Positions 62,538-64,000 of a stretch of DNA of 64,000 bases are shown here, in pieces. The DNA is taken from NCBI GenBank assembly GCA_963735595.1, contig CAVTLK010000004.1, positions 288,001-352,000 of the forward strand. The letters are read 5' to 3'. The notes under the pieces were generated by a model. The model ran no database searches. It saw nothing but the letters and a program-made list of their open reading frames with translations, and was not told where the DNA came from. The DNA is from an uncultured delta proteobacterium. GTDB taxonomy: Bacteria; Desulfobacterota; Zymogenia; Zymogenales; Zymogenaceae. The translations under genes were made by a program, and so were the position numbers. The number at the start of each line of letters is the position of its first letter. Position 1 is the stretch's first letter.

Positions 62538-64000
62538 ATGACGGGAAAAGGTAGAATTGCACTCCTCGTTATTATAATGGTCATCGTGCTGGCGGCCGTC
62601 GGTGCCGTCTCGATGATCATGCTCTACCGCGCCGCGATCCAGGAGCAGAAGGAGCGCCTTTCAGAGATCGCCCGGAGTATGGTTTCCCACTATGAGGAGG
62701 TCTTCCCCGCAGAAGGGCATCCGGCCGATACCCTCGGCGGGACGTTGGATACTGCAACGTTCCACGATTTTCTTGAGCTACATACACACTACCTGACCAA
62801 TACGAATACCGGTGAGATCGTCGTTGCCCGGCGTGAGAACGACAGGCTGGTCTTTCTCCTGAATAAAGGATCGCATAAAGAAGCAGGCCCCGACACGCTG
62901 AGCCCGGATTCTGCCTTCGCAGAGCCTATGCGCCTTGCCCTCTTGGGGCAATCGGGCACGATGATCGGGACCGACTACCGGGGGAAGGAGGTGCTTGCCG
63001 CTTACGAGCCGATGTTGACGCTTGGACTCGGGGTTGTGGCAAAGATCGACCTCGCGGAGATCAGGGCCCCCTTCATACGGGCGGGGACCACGGCCGGGAT
63101 CGTGGCGCTTGTGCTGGCGATTATAAGCTCAATCGCTTTCGTAAGGGTATCGGCCCCGATAATCCGGCAAATCGACGAGAGCGAGGCCAAATACCAGGAC
63201 CTTTACGAGAATGCCCCCGATATGTTCATCTCGGTGGACGCGAAAACGGCGACTATCGTCAAATGCAACGAAACTCTGGCGAAGCTGACCGGCTATTCAA
63301 AAGATGAGATCATCGGGAGATCTATATTTGAAATGTATCACCCCGAAAGCGCTGAGTATGTCAGGAACGTCGTTTTCCCGGTTTTCCGAAAGACGGGGCT
63401 TGTCAATAACGAGGAGCTTCGGGTACGGAGGAAAGACGGGTCGATAATCGACGTAATCCTCAATACCACGTCCGTCCGTGATGCGGAAGGCAACGTGCTT
63501 TACAGCCGCTCTGTCTGGCGTGACATCACCGAGCGCAAGCGGGCCGAAGAAACGCTGCGCGTGCTTTCCCTGCGGCAGGAGGCCATCCTCGACGCCGTCC
63601 CGGATATCATCATGGAGGTGGATTCTAATAAAATATATACGTGGGCTAACCGGGCAGGTTACGACTTCTTCGGGGACGATGTGATCGGCAAGGAGGCCGA
63701 GTCGTATTTTGAAGGCGAACAGGATACGTACGCCGCGGTACAGCCGCTGTTCAACGGCAACGAAGATATATTTTACGTGGAAAGCCGGCAGCGGCGTAAG
63801 GACGGGCAGCGCCGCCTGCTCGGCTGGTGGTGTAAGGCGCTCAAAGATGAAATGGGTGACGTCACCGGCGCCCTCTCCTCTGCCCGAGACATAACCGATT
63901 GGCGGACCGCCGAAGAGGAAGTCAGGAAATCGGCCACGTTCCTCGACAGTATGATCGTCCAGAGCCCGGTCCCCACGTGGATCTCGGACGAAAACGGGAC
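62538..64000 (+). CDS. Membrane sensor with Cache-like domain and multiple PAS/PAC domains (truncated by window end)
   Basis: Hand translation: TM, DYRGKEVLAAY, TM, YQDLYENAPD, RRKDG..RDITERK, second PAS ..RDITD. Confidence 0.88.
   Translation, partial: MTGKGRIALLVIIMVIVLAAVGAVSMIMLYRAAIQEQKERLSEIARSMVSHYEEVFPAEGHPADTLGGTLDTATFHDFLELHTHYLTNTNTGEIVVARRENDRLVFLLNKGSHKEAGPDTLSPDSAFAEPMRLALLGQSGTMIGTDYRGKEVLAAYEPMLTLGLGVVAKIDLAEIRAPFIRAGTTAGIVALVLAIISSIAFVRVSAPIIRQIDESEAKYQDLYENAPDMFISVDAKTATIVKCNETLAKLTGYSKDEIIGRSIFEMYHPESAEYVRNVVFPVFRKTGLVNNEELRVRRKDGSIIDVILNTTSVRDAEGNVLYSRSVWRDITERKRAEETLRVLSLRQEAILDAVPDIIMEVDSNKIYTWANRAGYDFFGDDVIGKEAESYFEGEQDTYAAVQPLFNGNEDIFYVESRQRRKDGQRRLLGWWCKALKDEMGDVTGALSSARDITDWRTAEEEVRKSATFLDSMIVQSPVPTWISDENG

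Overview
GC-rich (roughly 60-65% by eye) bacterial chromosomal segment; gene content suggests a deltaproteobacterial/Desulfobacterota-type anaerobe (inference). Many genes, including essential ileS, carry single-base frameshifts that look like long-read assembly indels. Order of content: ileS-lspA-lgt; an accessory block bounded by palindromic repeats (CHC2 zinc-finger + AAA helicase + iterons + wHTH, then a low-GC SmaI-like restriction-modification pair); two Cache proteins; prsW-lipoprotein-mlaEFD-leuD-icd; mdh-fumarase alpha; a peptide ABC transporter; rph-rdgB; beta-CASP nuclease; MEMO1-acuC-kinases; a long co-directional run from selA to a DUF1175/alpha-2-macroglobulin/transpeptidase/peptidase-MA-like cluster; then GT39, CHASE2 cyclase, rsmE, RDD, enoyl-CoA hydratase and a truncated PAS sensor. 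Main finding: the alpha-2-macroglobulin thioester motif reads PYG-[TGA]-NEQ. The in-frame UGA sits exactly at the thioester Cys position, a SECIS-like hairpin follows 12 nt later, and selA lies about 8 kb upstream on the same strand. This is a candidate selenocysteine (selenoester) alpha-2-macroglobulin. It needs read-level confirmation because the assembly is error-prone.
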